A DNA stretch of 61,677 nucleotides, counting the filler. It is 5 parts of 5 records of this genome, joined end to end, with 100 filler letters (N's around TTAATTAATTAA, not from the genome) between each part and the next. Parts side by side here need not be neighbours in the genome. Positions count along the whole stretch, not along the records: positions 1 to 17,384 come from SRR20825019_2616; 4 more parts are not named here. One strand, 5' to 3'. Below are positions 1-11,856 of the stretch, piece after piece. How positions within the stretch are numbered: position 1 is the first letter of the stretch; each line of letters starts with the position of its first letter. The translations under genes were made by a program, and so were the position numbers. Below the pieces are notes generated by a model. That model ran no database searches. It was not told the DNA's origin and saw only the letters and a program-made list of their open reading frames with translations.

Positions 1-30
1 CTGCTGCTGCTGTTGCTGCTGCTGCTGCTG
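1..30. repeat. (CTG/CAG)n trinucleotide microsatellite encoding polyQ
   Basis: ctgctgctgctgttgctgctgctgctgctg at the contig end. Confidence 0.9.
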
Positions 31-318
31 GCGCTGGCGCTGTATGAGCTGTTGGGGGGTGGCCAGCTGGCGCGCCTGCTGGCCGGAAATCTGCGGTTGA
101 CCTCCCAAATACCCCAGGGGCGAAGAGCTGGGCAGGCCCTGGTCCAAGGGCAATGCTTGCGGCAGTGCCCCCGAGGGAGGCGGCTGGTGCTGCTGCGCCG
201 GCTGGGTGTCCTGACTGTTGTCAACCGCTGCGGAGCCCTCTCCGACACTCTTAAAGAAGGCAGCAAGACCCCCACTCGGGGGGCCGCTGCCCGGAGGCCC
301 GGCTCCGCCAGACTGCAT
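1..318 (-). CDS. 5' part of a eukaryotic Gly/Pro/Gln-rich protein running into a polyQ tract (truncated at window start)
   Basis: ATG at 318 opens a stop-free minus frame MQSGGAGPPGSGPPSGGLAAFFKSVGEG...QQLIQRQRQQQQQQQQQQ to base 1. Divergent from the next gene. Not in the ORF track because no stop is included. Confidence 0.6.
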   Translation of the reverse strand, partial: MQSGGAGPPGSGPPSGGLAAFFKSVGEGSAAVDNSQDTQPAQQHQPPPSGALPQALPLDQGLPSSSPLGYLGGQPQISGQQARQLATPQQLIQRQRQQQQQQQQQQ

Positions 319-599
319 TTCTCCCTACTTCGTCAGTCCTGGACTAGGCCCCCGCTCACGAATCTGTTACCACCAGTGGTTTTTATGTATAGCGATGCAT
401 GGTTTGCGCAGCGGTCAGGGGCTGCTGCAAGGACCCCACAACCACCACCACCATCCCCAAATTACACCCGCGTACCCGCACGCAACGACGTCACGGTCGC
501 TGCGGGCACCCTGCCTGTCAAGGCCCCGCCGGCCGAGCTTCTTCCGTCGGCCGGTTGGCATGGCCGGGTACCAAGGCATGCCGAGGACGGCTCAGCTGA

Positions 600-1480
600 G
601 CCGCGGTGCAAAGGAGGCCGGCCGGGCCAGACCCGGGGGGCGGGGCGGGCTGCGCGCTCGCGGAGGACCGCTGCCCCGAGGCGGACGCAACTGGCAGGGA
701 CGCTGGCCGGTGGTGGCTGGCCACGGGCCGCGAGCTGAGCCGGGTGGGGGCGCAGGTTAGCGGCCGGCCCCGGCGGCCGGCCCCTGGCAGACTGGGCGGG
801 TCAGGGGACCACCCGGGCGGCCGCCCGGCCGTGACGAGTCGGCCCGGGGCCCGCGATGAGCGCCGCGGCCCCGGCCGCCGGGGCCCGGGCGATGACCGCC
901 GCGGTGCCCGTCGCACGTGCGCTTGGCCGGCACGGCCCAGCGGGGGCCCAAGTTGGCGCCGCGCCGGGCCGCCGACCCGGCGGCCCGCCGCACGGGGCGC
1001 TTCGCCCGGGTCCCCGGCCCCGTTCAGTCCCGTGCGGTCGCGGGCGGACGCAAGGTGGCCGCTCACTGGACTCGCGGCCCCCGCTTGCGGGCGGAAACAA
1101 AAGCAAGCTGGTCGACTGGAGCGACACAAAAACCATGTATTATCGTACATATTCACATGAGGTCTAAAATCCACTGAGGATGCGTTTCTCTAATCTCGTA
1201 TCAATCTCGATCAAGGGATATGATGACCTACTGACGGGTACACGTTGCGCCACCCCGCCAGGACCCGGCCACCCGGCGGCGGCAAGCTTGACTTCAGTGG
1301 CCGCCCCATCCTGGACCGCCCCCGGCTGGCGGGCCAGCCGGGTCACGGCGGGCCCGGCCGGCGCCGGGGGCGGCCGCGGGCCTACCCAGGTGAGTCTGAC
1401 GGTCGTGACGGCCGTGAGGCGGCCGGGCCGGGCAGCGGCTACTGAGCCGTCCCGACCGCAGCCGCGCCCGGCGGGCCACC
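600..1480. promoter_or_regulatory. Putative bidirectional promoter region: two extremely GC-rich arms around an AT-rich core (~1097-1230)
   Basis: Lies between divergent starts at 318(-) and 1749(+). A similar architecture recurs at 12080-12800 and 60580-61200. Confidence 0.45.
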
Positions 1481-1748
1481 TCCTCGAGTTCAGCCCACCC
1501 CAAGACGCCAGCCATGGTCCTCTATGGCTCCTGCAAGCAGTTCCGAGTGAGCCGACCTGCCGTCCGCATGCGTCTCTTGGGCGCTTTGTCAGCAGTCGAG
1601 TTTGCACTGACAACGCGGAGATTTCGAGTCTGCCGGCGGGGCCGAGCCGGGGAAGTCACTATGGCCCAAAACTGATATAAGAACAGGGGCCGAAACTGCA
1701 CCGTCCCAGCATCGACACTCAGAACGAAAGCGAGGACGCTGGGACACC

Positions 1749-4700
1749 ATGGTCGCGACCCTCCTCGAGCTTCAGAACTTGGACATCGAGTCCACTTTGG
1801 AGCGCCGGGAGCAACGCGAAGAAGACGCCGCCAAATGTAAGCGTGCGGGGTCTACCACCTCTGTCCATTCACACCCTTTTGCTCGCAGCCGTGGCCGGGA
1901 CTAGTGACATCCTTCGCATACTAAACGAGCTCCAGCGCCAGCTGACGTCGAAGGAGGCGGGGATTCTCGATGGAGATGGCACCAAGGAGAAGGTTTCGAG
2001 GCTTCGGCTTCTACACCAGTACTCTCTACAGAGTGAGTCATATGGGATGTCTGATGAGCCACCAGGGCACTTACTTCATTTCAGAAAAATATCGAAAGCT
2101 CATTATTAATGGTACAAAGGACAGGAAACCGAAGAAACTGCTGGGTTTCCAGACACTAGATCAGTGCCTATATGGCTCGGCTGTCATCGAAACGCAGATT
2201 CTGTCTGCATCCATTATTGCTAACTGCTGCCTGTCCGACCACGTCGCAGCCGAGCTGGTGAAAAAGCCAGTGATTGCGAGTATCAAGGCTGTGGCTCGTA
2301 ACGCACGCAATGATAGCCTGGTGGCGGAGATCGCAAGGATATACGCCTGCATGGCCAGTGCGAAGAATAGACACGACATTCCGAGCAAGCTGGCCCACAT
2401 GTAAGTCTCCAAGGCCGCGCCGCCACAGAGCGGAGGGGCCGAGAGCACCAGTGCTGACCTATGATGACGCAGGGGAGTCCTCCAGGACTGTCTCGGGATG
2501 CTTTCGAGCCCGGCCGATGAGGTAACGATCAACGCCATGCGCGCGGTTAACGCCATGGCCAAAAATGAAGAATTCATACCGGCGGTAGGTGGCTTGTCTT
2601 GGTGGTGCTCGGACTTGGATTCTGATGGGTTGGGATAGATCTTGGAGGCGGGGGTCATCACCGTGTGTAAGCACATGTTCGAAATGGACAACAATGAGGC
2701 CAATATTGAGGCTCTTCTGTGAGTGACAACTGCGCTCGGCCCCGATCCGTGTGCTAATGAGGTGATGCAGGTGTCTTTCATCCGTCCTAGTGACGGACGA
2801 CGCGCGGCGGCAGTCATTAGAGACGTATAATCACGTGATTAAGCTGTCCGGTCACCCCAACGGCTTCATGCGGTTGAATGCGGTGGGGGTGATGGGCCAG
2901 ATGGTGGCGGCCTCAGTGGTGCGGAACGACCCACGGACCCAGAAAGTGGCCAAACTTTTCAAGAGTAAGTTGCTGCGGTCGAGGAACCTTGTGTGTGGAT
3001 AACCTGACGTCACACCACAGTCCACCTGGGGAGTGAAGATGCCGATATGGTGAGGTTCTGTATCCGCGGCATCAGGAATCTCTCGTTCGGCGAAGAGACG
3101 ATCGAGGCCGTGGTTCAGTCCAGCATAGTCCGCGACATGGTCAAACTCCTGGAGAACGCGGATTCTGTCAGTGCGACACTCACAAACCTCATGGCAACAT
3201 TCCGATTTATGATTGGCCACGCCCGCTCCAAAGGTTGGTCAACCCATCCACGCCCGTTTCACATCCATTCGCTCCCTGGACTGACAAGAAAACTTATCAG
3301 ACCGCGCGATGGATTTTCTGGTGCGGTTTCGGGTTTTCCGTGCGCTGGGCACGTACCTCGCCGCTCTGGACCACAACAAGGCGGAGTTGACGACGGAGTT
3401 TCTCGATCATCTCTTCGTGTTTGTCTGCAATGCATGCAGAGGCAATGAGGACTGTCGGAATAGGGTATGATTATAAAGGTTGGCCCCGGCGTGGTGTAAC
3501 TGACTGGGGGATGCACAGATGTTCTTGAACAAGGCAGCGGTGTTCCTGGCGAAGAATGTTCTGAAGCTGGAGGAAAGGATCCTTGAGGCCAAGATGACAT
3601 TGGCGCAGAATACCTCGGCCAAACTGACGGTGCACCACGGAATGAAGGCGATGCAGATACTGATAGACAGCGACTCTGAAGATCTAGCGGTGAGGTGCTG
3701 CTCGTGTTATGGAGGACCAGGCTGACCATGCTGTGTGAAGCTGCTGGCATTCCAGATCGAGGCACGGCGGGTGTCCATCCGGGGAGGGCTCTGGGGCGTT
3801 GCCAGGGCTTTGGTGAAGAAGTACCTCTTTGAGGTGGAGATCAAGAAGGCTCGCTACGTGCTCGCCAGGCAGGCCATGATGCTCAAGGCCAAGCAGAAGG
3901 GCGTCGATGTGTCTCACGAGGAGGCGGACCAGTTCATGGTGATGAAGGCCACCTCTCGGCTGCAGAGCTGGGTTCGCGGCTGGAAGGTACGGCAGTGGTG
4001 CGGGTGGTGCAGTGGTGTTCCAGGATGTGACTGTGATGCCACAGGTCCGGAGGGCCGGGCTGCCGCCGCGGGCCATCAGACTCATCAAGGAGGAGGTCGC
4101 TCTGGTGTGCGAGGTATCACCGAGCACCAGGAGGAAGGTCCTCTTCAACTTTCTCCTCTACCTCCACTCCCAGGTGCTCATGAGCAATGTGGAGCCAAAT
4201 ACCCTCCGCGCCGAGCTGTCCATCCTCGAGCAGATCAAGATGGAGCCGGTGAAGACGCAGGACAACATCTGCCGTCTGTTTGATATCAACGAGTGGTATG
4301 AGGAGGAGACCAAGCACGTGGCGGCGGCCGTCATCCAGGTGCGGGCGCGCGGTTGGGGTGTGTGGAACTGAAGTCTGAGTTTGCGTACGTGCGCAGGGCT
4401 TTTGGGCCATCTCCAAGGCTAAACTTATAGCGAGGGAGCTGAAGATCAAGCGGTTTGCCCATCATCTCATATCGAAGCATGCCCACGACGTCCTCAATAA
4501 CCTTGAAAGTGAGTTGTCGCGCTGTCGGGACGGGTTAAGTTCATTGACGGGACGATACACCCAGGCCGCGTGCAAAATGCTCGTGTCATTCAGGCCTGGT
4601 GGCAGGTCCGCCTGGCGGTGATGTCGCGACGACAGGCGGTCAACTCAGCCGTGGTCATTCAATCCATCTGGCGTACCCAGCAGGTAACGGAGTACCACTG

Positions 4701-7230
4701 GTGATGGCTCGATGTTACTAATAATAGTATTCCAGGCCAGGACGGAGCTGGTGAAGCGGCGCCGTCAGAAGGAGATGTTCACCATTATCAAGCTTCAGGC
4801 CGTTTGTCGGCGGTGGCTGGCATACAAGACGTACCAGGACAAGAACACGGAGAAGATGATGGAGCGGGTGGGAACGAGTGAGTGGCGTGGCAGCAGCTAG
4901 TGGTGTGGCTGCTGATGCGTGGTGCAGTCATGGACATTACACAGGAAATCGAGAGGAATCTGATCACTGCGGTGACGACGGTGTGCGACCAGAGAATGCT
5001 GGAGCTGGACAAGGCCCTCCATCGCAACAAGCAACTCCTTGAGAAGAGAGAGAAGCACTGGACTTACGAGAATGATCTGCTGCACGATTCCATCGAAGCA
5101 ACAGACACGTGGCTGAGGTATGTGTGCGCGGGGGGATCGGGCATCAAGTTGTACTGATCTGCCCCACAGAAATGTGAAGAAGGTGGACCCGACCATGTTC
5201 AAGGAACTGAAAAAGTTGAACAGGAAAGTCCTCAAGCAGCAGAGAAAGCGCAAGATGGATGAAGGCGAGATCCCGCGACCGACACCTAAGGAAGTCATTG
5301 TTCGGGTAAGCAGCGGAAACAGGGGGCGTGGAAGCAGTCTGACAGCGGTCGCCTCGCAGCAAAATGCCAAGGACATGGTCATTGTGCCCAAGGACGAGAT
5401 GCGGAGGGAGTTGCTCAAGCGGGACATTGAGCGGAGCGGGCAGCTCTCCAAGAACAGGTTTATCTACACGCTGGCAGGCCTGGGGCTGGACTTGTCCTCC
5501 CAGCAGATCTTTGCCATCGCGAATATGGAGGATGTGGAGAAGACAGGGTATATCGACTACGAGCGATTCATTAAGCATTCCTTGGCCAAGGACAGCCCCA
5601 AGTTCCTGCTGCTGCCTAAGTACACAGTCAAGGTGAAGCCGATCAAGGGCAAGATCACACCGATCTGCGTCGCGCGGGACTCGGACATCAAGTGAGCAAT
5701 CGTGTGAGGAGGGGGCTGAGGCTGGCATCTAACACCTTGCAGTCAATGGGCGGACCCAGAGATATACAAGCACATGGTGAACCAGCGCAAGAAGGAAGAC
5801 CACTTTGTCGTCCCCAGTATGTTATTGCTTTGTTTCTATTTATAGTCGGTTCGGGCTCGGTGAGCTCACGCGGCTTCGCATTTGCAGAGAAGGATAAGAT
5901 ACCCAAGCAGTTTGACATGGACCTCAGCGCCATAGCGCTCCACTCGCAGACAGTGCAGGAGAAGCAGTGAGTGATGCGATGGCCGAGGATGATGCGGGCG
6001 CCGGCTGATCAACCTGCACAGGATTGCCAAGCAGTGGCACTTCGAGGCGGACAAGCTCCTTGCCAAGGTGAAGCGCGAGATCAACAAGCGGCGTGAATTC
6101 ACGGACTGGAATCGGGTGCATCGCCTTCTGGCCGAGTCCAAACAGATCCTGACGGAAGTAAGCTGCTTGCCAGACCTGAATCGATGACCGATGAGACCCC
6201 GGACTGACGTCGTCTCCAGGTTCCGAATGTGCGGAAACAGTGGCTATGGGAGCAGAGCCGACAGGAGGTGTGCAGGGAGCAGTCCAAGGTGGCTGTGTGG
6301 TACCTACAGAATGCCGTATCGGCGTTCGCAGACGAAGACTTTGTCCACGCGCGCACGATGGCGGAGGCCAGTAGGGTATGGAGGGGCGGGGGGAGGGGGC
6401 GGTGAGGATGTGGGCTTATTTGTTCGTGGCAGGAACACTACCGAGAGGCATTCGACGGCCTGGCCAGCACAGCCGCGGAGGAGAAGCTGGAATACGCACT
6501 TAACAAAGTGGACATGATCATCAGCAGCATTGACAGTAGAGAGAAGGAGGACCTTGTACACCACGGCCTGGCAGAGCCACGCCGCCAGGACACCCAAGGA
6601 GGAGGAGAGGAGTGCGCCGAGCCCGCGGAGCGCCCGAGATCCACCATGGACCTGCGCACGCAATCCCCGGATGTCCTGCCAGCGCGGGCGGCCAGCACGA
6701 TGCCGACAATCGAGCGGGTGGCGTCCAAGCGACGGAGGGACAGCCAAACCCAGGCGACTTCCATGATGTCGGACCTGCTGCCCATGGTCGAGAGCACGCA
6801 CTCGGGTGAGCTCACGATCGAGTCGGCCCCGCGGAAGCCTGCCGGCAAGCGCCGCCCCTCCATGCTCGCGGCCTACCAGAACAGCCTGGCCACCACTTGG
6901 GTCAAGCACGCTGACAGCACTGCCCTGATTCAGGCCATAGACGGCCCGAAGGACCGCCCGTCTTCCGTCCAGAAGTGCAACAGTGCTGTGTCAGCTGTGC
7001 GGGGCCTCGTCCGGCTCCAGTCTCTCATTCGCGTTCGCACCGGAAGCATTGTGGATCGCTCGAACAGCAAGATGACGAATGAAGTTGAGGGGGATAGGAG
7101 CCTTTGGAGTCTTGTGACGGCGCTGGATGAGCTGGAGTCGGCTTCCAACAAGGACGTGCCCCTCTACAACAAGCCGCCTTCTGAGATGAGCGCGGGCGCC
7201 CTCTCCGACCTCGATGACTATTACGACTAG
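1749..7230 (+). CDS. Large spliced protein with N-terminal ARM-like helical repeats, ~5 IQ-like calmodulin-binding motifs, coiled coil and an EF-hand-like loop (21 GT-AG introns by my reading)
   Basis: ATG 1749; introns e.g. 1837-1888, 2033-2084, 2401-2472, 5306-5359 join the fragment ORFs into one frame ending TAG 7230. IQ motifs RLQSWVRGWK, VIQGFWAISK, VIQAWWQVR, VIQSIWRTQQ, KLQAVCRRWL; EF-like DVEKTGYIDYERF. Confidence 0.75.
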
Positions 7231-7282
7231 GGCGGAACCAAGCCAGCGCGACAGTGCGTGGTGAATCATGCACCCTACCGGG

Positions 7283-10200
7283 TCAGAACTTTATCTTGAG
7301 CTGCACCTCACTGGAGCGTGCCCGGCCGGTGCTCGAGGCGGCTCCCTCGCGGTGGATGGCACACTGGATATTGACAGATGGCGACAACGGGGCCCAGGTG
7401 CGGTCAATCTCCTGCAACACCGGCGAGATGTCAGTACTAGCGTGATCCGTCGCAACGACCCAACCCAATAAACACCCTTGCCAGCACGCCACCACCGCCA
7501 GCCCTGCTTCCAACACCCCTCCACCCGACTCACCTCGTCACCGGCGCCCCACGGCCGCCACCCGATCACGTCGCCATCGTTGATGTAATAAGGCGCGGCA
7601 CGGACTGTCCGCGCCGGCTCCTTCCCATCCTGGGCGGCACTCCCTTCCTGCGGCGCCATGGCCATCCACTGGCTGAATCCGGGCGCGTACTTTGCCACAC
7701 GGATAGACTCCGGCGCCCGCCCCACGGTCTCGGCCACCCTCTTGTAGACGTCTTCGAGCATGGGAGCGGGCCCCGCATCGAGGATCAGCTCCTGGGCCGG
7801 GCCCCAGGACCCCAGGGCGGTGTCGCGTGCGCGGAGAAGCAGCACGATTCCGTGCGGCGGACAGGGGGGAGCCCCCACCTGGAGGACAATCTTGCCCCCG
7901 TCCTGGACCTGCTGGCGCGCGAGGGTCACTCCGTCCTGCAGTGTCTTGCCGGGCGTCATGTCCACCAGCCGCCGGGCACGCACCTGCTCCAGGTCCATCG
8001 GGGTGCCTTCTGGCACAAGAGCCCTCCACACACCTGGGTCCACCGTGGCCATGGCCATTTGCTTCAGCTCGTGGACGGACGACGACTTGGGCAGCTCCAC
8101 GCTACACAGTGTAAAGAGCCCCCAGCCTCCATAGTCGCGCGCTGCTGTAGTCGGCACACGCACAGGCATACCCGATCTGACCGGGCCGGCGGCATCGTCC
8201 GCGCCCGGCGGGGCCAAGGTGAAACAGAAGATCTGCAGGGATATTTGCCCCTTGACAGGGGCGGGACCACGCTCCAGGTGGACCCGGTCCTGGTCGCGGA
8301 TGCCCGCTGCCTCCAGCGAAACGTGCTCGTCCGTGTAGAGCTCGGCCGGGTTGTCCCACATGTCGTTGCGGCGCAGGCGCAGGTTGGAGGGAGATTCACC
8401 AATGGCCTCGGCGGCCCGCGACTTGAGCTCAAACACCAAGGCGGTCCGGTCGACTTCGATCGTCACCACACCCGTCCGGCCGCCCCCTTCCTCCGCCGTG
8501 GCGTGGTTTATCGCATCGGTGGAGGAGGTGTCGTTGGTTGTGGGACTCGATGGGACCACGCACAGAACGCGCATAGACGAGGTCAACGGTGCCTCACCGT
8601 ACTCAAGAACCACGGATTCCCCGTGCACTAGGCCGCTCTCCGCAACCGTTGCCATCTCGGAGGCAAACAGCTCCCCGTCACCCTGAAGGCCCGCCTGGCA
8701 TCGTCGCAGCCGCGTCACATCCTTCGTCACCTCCACTTGCATCCCCAGCGCCCCGAGGGCCGCGACCTTAAAGGCCCCCAGCGTGTCGCCGGGTGCCACG
8801 GGCACGCGGACTACCGGAACGTCGCCCAGGTGGGCCTTGCTACACTCCGCCCTGACCACGATCTCCATCGACTCCCCCGCGCTGCATTCGCTGCCCACCG
8901 CCGAGCCACGGCCGGCGGCCGCCTCCTGAGCCGCGCGCTTCTCCTCCTCCGCAATGGCTTCTGGAGACTTGGTCTCGTAGTTGACCGTGGCCCCGTCCAA
9001 CACCTTCAGCTCATGGAGCGACTTGGCGTCGTCGTCGAGGACACGGAGCTGCCGCGCCACCCGATCCACAAGGGAGATGACCCCGCGAGGGACGTCACCG
9101 TCCTCCAGGATCCCGTTCACCTCTTCGTCTAGCAACTCTCTCAGGCGCGCCACGGTCACGGATGCGGAAACAAAGACCGGCGACGTGACCGTCTGGACGT
9201 CCTTGCCCGCGCCCCGCCGCTCCACAAAGTTCACGCTCAGCTCGAGGCAGTTGTCGGTGTCGGGGTCAAAGGGGATGTTGTTGATCGTCTGGCCATTCCA
9301 GCACATCACGGAGCACCCGTTGTACAGCCCGGCTCCAGTCACCGTAACGCCCTCCGGAGCTGATGACCGGCAGTCGCCGGGGGAGCCAATCGCGCCGGCG
9401 AGACCACCCTGGTCCTTGGCGGTGGAAAGCCCCTCCAGGGTCGAGGCGGCCGCGGCGACCACGTTCTCGTCAGCATCCTGTGGGCCGGGGCCCGCGTCCT
9501 GCGCACCATCGCCTCCGACCACCCCGGCCGAGAAGGTCCATTCGTCGCACGGCGTGGGCACATCGGGCGAGACGCTTCCGTCCTCGCTGCCCACCACCGC
9601 ATCGTTGCTGTGGGTCGAGTCATCGTCCCCGCCCCCGCGCCGGGTGCTCGCGCCGTACTCCACCAGCTGCTCCTGGAGACTCTTGCAAAACTTCACTCCG
9701 TGATTGGACACCCGGACCGGCGAGGCCAAGATGACGTCCGGGCCGGTGATGCCCATGTCCTGCCGTTGCGACTCGCTCAGCATCCCGTGGAGCCTCGCCC
9801 GCAGAGCCTCCATCGTCTCGCGTTTATCCACCGTGATCACCTGCCCGCTAGTCATTCCCTCGCCGACCCCGCCGGTCACACCGGGCCCAGCGCTTTCCCC
9901 GCTTGCCACAACGCCCGCATTGCACATGGAGCTCGACGACACGTCGTCGCTGTCGAACACGGACGCGGGGCGTATGACGAACCGCGGGTCAAACACGAAG
10001 GCGGTGGGGAGGTGGATCGTAACCTGGAGCTTGTTGATCTCCTCGTCTTCCACCTCCCTCTGGCGCTTCAAATCGGCGTTCTTCGCGGCCAGGTAGTCGC
10101 GCAGAACGGCGGGCGGCAGCAGTGCCTCGGGCAGGCCCCCGGGTTCTGGGGCTGCCGTCGCGGGAGGGGCCTTGGTCGGGACGTCGATGACCCCTCCCGC

Positions 10201-11856
10201 GGCGGGGACCGGGCACGAGCGCGCGCGGTACACAAGCATATAGCCACACTCGTTGCTGCCTCCGTACACCCGCTTGAGGTCTTCCTCAGACATGGGCGTG
10301 ACGCTGGTATCATTGAAATCGTACCACCGGGCGGGCGGTGTGCCCGCGGAGGGACTCGACTCGCCTTGAGCGGCGCGGGGGGTGTCCACGCCCATCAGAT
10401 CAGCCACCTCAGACGTCCCCGCGGGCGCCGTTCCGGCACCATCCGGGGGGGAGATGATATCCCTTATGTACGCATGGTAGTGGCCCGAGTAAGCGCTTCC
10501 CGAGTGGATCACCACCGAGAACAGATCGTACAGGTGCGACCCGTCGTCCGCCACCGCCCCGCTGCCTCCGCTGCCCGCACTGAGCTCGCCCGAGAGCCGG
10601 CCGGAGTTCTGGCGTTTGGGGTGCGGTTCCAGCCCGTCCATCGAGGCGTTCGAACGGGCCACGGACATCATGCTGACGCTCGCCGTGTCCCCGCCCTCTG
10701 CCGCGCCATGGGCTGTGGAGCCAGCATATGACACCATCGATGGTGATCCACGCCCGGGCCCGCCCCCGCCGCGGCCTTCAAGGTAGGGAGTCATATCCAG
10801 GACCAAGGGGAACGCGTGTTCACTGGTCAGCTTGGAGCGCTGGTCCGTTTGCCAGTTGTACTCGAAGCGACTCAGGTTGAAGGTCAGCATCGGCGGCAGA
10901 CGGCGGAAGAGAGCCCCGGAGCGCGCATCCGACTTCTGGCCACAGTTGTCGCACTGGTACTGATTCGCGCCCTCCAGGAGCTCGGTCTCAACCACCCTGG
11001 CCAGGCTGTCCGTCACGCTGGGCAGCCCCTTGACAACAAGAGACACGTCCATGAAGGCCTCTTCACGGTCGCGGTGATTGTTGCAGTTGAGGCATGTCAT
11101 GCGGTTGACGTAGACGCCCTTGTACAGGTCCTCGATCATGGACTTGGCCGGGGTCGATGCCAGAGACTGCTCCAGGATGTCAAACAGAAGCCGGTTCAGC
11201 TCATGGACGTCGTGCTGTACGGAGGTGTCGGACGAGTCCCAGCCGAACGCCTCCGTCAAGCTCTCCGTGGAGACCCACCCCGTGTCCTGGCACTGCAACG
11301 CCGCGAATAGCCGCTGCAGCTCGGTCGGGATGATGTGCAGCTCCGTGTCGCCCGCGCCACCGCCTCCCGCGGCGGGCTCTTCCTCCATCCTCTCCTCCCC
11401 GCCCTCGTCGACGGGATTGCTGAACAACCAGTCCAGCACCGCGTCGTCATCACCATGCGGCAAGGCCTCCAGCGCACGCACCACCGCGGTCCGACTGAAC
11501 CCCATGCTGGTAAAGTTCATCAGCTTCGCCTCGTTCACCTTGGGCCGCGGCGCCTTGCCCGTGTCCGCCCCCTCGGGGGCCCGCGCGGGCAGGCCGTACA
11601 TTCCCGCGCGGAGCTCCGGCGTCATGAACATTGTCTGCAGCAGACTGTTCAGATAGCATGTCGCCCCCCTGGCTCGCACGCGTCAGCACCACAAAACACT
11701 CAGCCAACCCGCCTGGCCTCACCTGTTCTCAATCCCAGCAAACCCAGTCGGTGGGCGCGGGGCGGGCACTGTGGAGCCGTACGTCCTGGGGGTGACGTGG
11801 CCGGTCCTCCAGTTGCCAGTGGTGACGTCTTCGTCTTCAAAAAGGTCGCCCAGCAT
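7283..11856 (-). CDS. USP40: Ubiquitin carboxyl-terminal hydrolase, USP40-like (peptidase C19) with inserted UBA domain and C-terminal ubiquitin-like repeats; exons 11723-11856, 7534-11668, 7283-7411
   Basis: Spliced N-terminus MLGDLFEDED...[26 protein letters not shown] closely resembles the USP40 N-terminus (MFGDLFEE...[11 protein letters not shown]). Also QHDVHE box, CxxC...CxxC Zn ribbon, His box HSGSAYSGHYHAYI, and WYDFND. Confidence 0.85.

Noticed and set aside
518-1680. Many overlapping Arg/Gly/Pro/Ala-rich ORFs here and at 11957-12735, 45910-46682, 49577-50370 and 60521-61398
   Set aside because: These are by-products of extreme GC content (few stop codons); they have no domains and occur in all frames at once.
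1749-7230. Fragmented ORFs suggesting stop-codon reassignment, frameshifting or pseudogenes
   Set aside because: The breaks I traced are resolved by canonical GT-AG introns, many with CTRAC-like branch points, under the standard code.
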